DNA of 63,637 bases, counting the filler, from Octopus bimaculoides (taxonomy: Eukaryota): assembly GCF_001194135.2 (NCBI RefSeq). It is 6 parts of 5 records of this genome, joined end to end, with 100 filler letters (N's around TTAATTAATTAA, not from the genome) between each part and the next. Parts side by side here need not be neighbours in the genome. Positions count along the whole stretch, not along the records: positions 58,142 to 61,409 come from NC_068998.1; positions 61,510 to 63,637 come from NC_068989.1; 4 more parts are not named here. One strand, given 5' to 3'. The notes under the pieces were generated by a model. The model saw nothing but the letters and a program-made list of their open reading frames with translations, had not been told where the DNA came from and did no database searches. This document shows, piece by piece, positions 61,390-63,637 of this stretch (position 1 is the stretch's first letter; each line of letters begins with the position of its first letter). The position numbers and the translations under genes were made by a program.

Positions 61390-61564
61390 TCGTGTCTGTG
61401 AATATATTCNNNNNNNNNNNNNNNNNNNNNNNNNNNNNNNNNNNNNNNNNNNNTTAATTAATTAANNNNNNNNNNNNNNNNNNNNNNNNNNNNNNNNNNN
61501 NNNNNNNNNTATATATATATATATATATGCGTGTGTGTGTGTGCTCCTGTGTGGAGTGGGACAT

Positions 61565-61670
61565 GTAAAATAAAGTGTTTTAATCACGATCACAACGCCT
61601 CACTGGGCTGCGGATCGAAACGTCAATCATGCGATTGTGTGTGTAACACCCTAATCGATATTCCACACAC
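61565..61670 (-). mobile_element. SINE head fragment (family D-like)
   Basis: Reverse complement GGTGTGTGGAATATCGATTAGGGTGTT..CGTTTCGATCCGCAGCCCAGTGAGGCGTTGTG. Confidence 0.5.
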
Positions 61671-63637
61671 CTTTATGTAATATATATGCATACATACATA
61701 TACACATACTTATAGGTACACTCAGAACACAGGTATATATGTATGTATATATATGTTTGCGTGTTCGTGTGCGTACCTATATCTGATCATTTTCAGATTT
61801 GTAAAGCAGTGTTCTGTGTTTTTATTGCACGGTGTAAGTTAGCAATTCAATAGAAACCAATAACATAAATACCAAGATGAAATTACTATATCTCGTTGTT
61901 GTTATGATCGATTATATGACCTTGATATTTTTGTCTCAGTATTCCCACATTCAAATAATGAACAATGAATTATCTTCCGTAACTATGAGGCCTGGCATCA
62001 TAATGTAAACAAATGGTCTTGATCTGCTGGTTGCAATATTTCATCGATAAATCACTGAAACCTTACAGAATTTTTTCTTGACTTAGAAACAGTCCGAGAA
62101 ACTTCAACTTCTTGGGTTTCTTGCTTAATATAGTAACAGCTGTTCAATTTTCATCATGAGAATCTTCAAGACATGCAGCCGCACATCCGCTGACATAGAT
62201 AATATTTTCTCTTGAAAATGATAGTCTATTTATGTTTTTTGAAGTTAATGCTTAATTTCCCGGAATTACAGCTCAGAATTTGATTCAATGATGATTAACA
62301 GTTGTTTGCGTGCGTCATTCAGCATAACAATATATTCATTTTATCTCAATTCATTAAAAAAATTATTTCACTTTGCTCTGTTCTTTTTTTGTTCTCATCA
62401 TCATACAAATCGCTTCTGGCCATAAAACGTTATTATCCAGTTTCTACATGTAAAAATTATTGTTCTATATATAAAAACTAATGACGTGTTGATCAAGCGG
62501 CTGTTTTGGTGTTAACTGCGCTACACTGACTACAGACAGTGAAACCGATATATCACAAACATACGATTTTATCTTAAACGTTAGCAGTAACTCATTGAAA
62601 TAATGTCTTAAATTCTTGCACTTATTTCTTGCTTTGATATTCATCCCAGCAGAGAAATTTTCGTTGAAAATTTTCTGCGTACATTATTCAGTGATCGGTC
62701 AGTTCTGTGTTTCCTTACAGCTTATATCCTTTTAAGATTACATATTTTGATGGCGTACCAAAGTAAAATAAACTATATGGGAATTACTAGTAACTTATTG
62801 AAGTTTTAGCCAAAAGCCAACACTAAACAAACAACAGTTCAGCTAATCAGACAGAATTCTGTTTAGAAACATGAATATTTAAAAATATATCGTTAGATGT
62901 TTGTACGTTTTAATAGCAAATATAAATATTTCCCTTGATGTCTAACTTAAAATATTTAGGAGAGAGATATATAGCAACGCTCGATAATCTAATATGTCAT
63001 GAGGGTTGTATGACCTCATGTTTGAGGCACGATCCATTACCGGAGTGTGAAAAAAATAGAAAAAAATATGCGTGCAGTAGTGGTAGAGAAATCTAATTGG
63101 GGTAATGAAGCAGCTGAAAAGGCAGGACAATAAGTGGTACTGTTACTGATCTCCTTTACTCTGTTGCATTCAAATGACGTGTTCGTAGAGAGAAATCGAG
63201 TTCTGGGGACCGGCTCCATGGAATCTATCTAGCGGCCGATTGTCATCCCTTCTGCCTGTTACACCAGTGATTTTCCTCAGGGCATGTGATTTATAATAAA
63301 ATATATTACCCCATATCACTACAGCACACTCAAACAGGAACATGCTTTATCTTCATCTTGGGATCCCCTAATCTGCAATGAATGAATTCCCCTCTAGTCA
63401 TGGGTTCGAAAACTTACACACCCCACGTTTACGTCATATACTCTACCCTTCCACTTCCTATTCGCGGAGTCGTGCTCCTAAGGATATGTATGTGTGTTTG
63501 TGCGTTCATATATGCATATGTACATGCGTATACGCCTTATGCCATCTTATACGCATGTCACTGATTTTGAATGCATATATGTATACACACACATATATGT
63601 ACACAAACAATTTTGGGTATATATATATGTATTCGTA

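Noticed and set aside
63150-63480. Promoter call from TGACGT/ACGTCA CRE half-sites
   Set aside because: Short motifs expected by chance; no supporting initiator or donor arrangement.

Overview
Eukaryotic, AT-rich, repeat-saturated genomic DNA from a gapped short-read assembly. It has many N gaps, five artificial TTAATTAATTAA spacers and one Illumina adapter remnant. The SINE families and microsatellite density look like an Octopus-type cephalopod genome (inference from memory of those repeats, not a database search). No intact, identifiable host gene is present; most listed ORFs are microsatellite or N-gap artefacts. Supported content is decayed mobile DNA. It includes about ten R4/Dong-clade non-LTR retrotransposon fragments chained through (TAA)n arrays, a Tx1/L1 3' half, a Ty3/Gypsy gag-pol fragment, RTE and CR1/L2 relics and Penelope-like elements (PLEs). 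It also includes a decayed mariner, several MITEs and foldback elements, and more than 20 tRNA-derived SINEs from about four families (labelled A-D here). Best leads: (i) a complete type I hammerhead ribozyme fold at 25742-25804 plus three degenerate PLE-type hammerheads; (ii) an RDD-type (Naiad-like) PLE reverse transcriptase whose endonuclease is missing at a contig break; (iii) orientation-locked R4/Dong chains in TAA microsatellites; (iv) a GG-terminal MITE with a perfect 8-bp TSD; (v) a few weak plus-strand exon and promoter candidates for an unidentified host transcript. All alignments and translations were done by eye, and element boundaries are approximate unless TIRs or TSDs are quoted.
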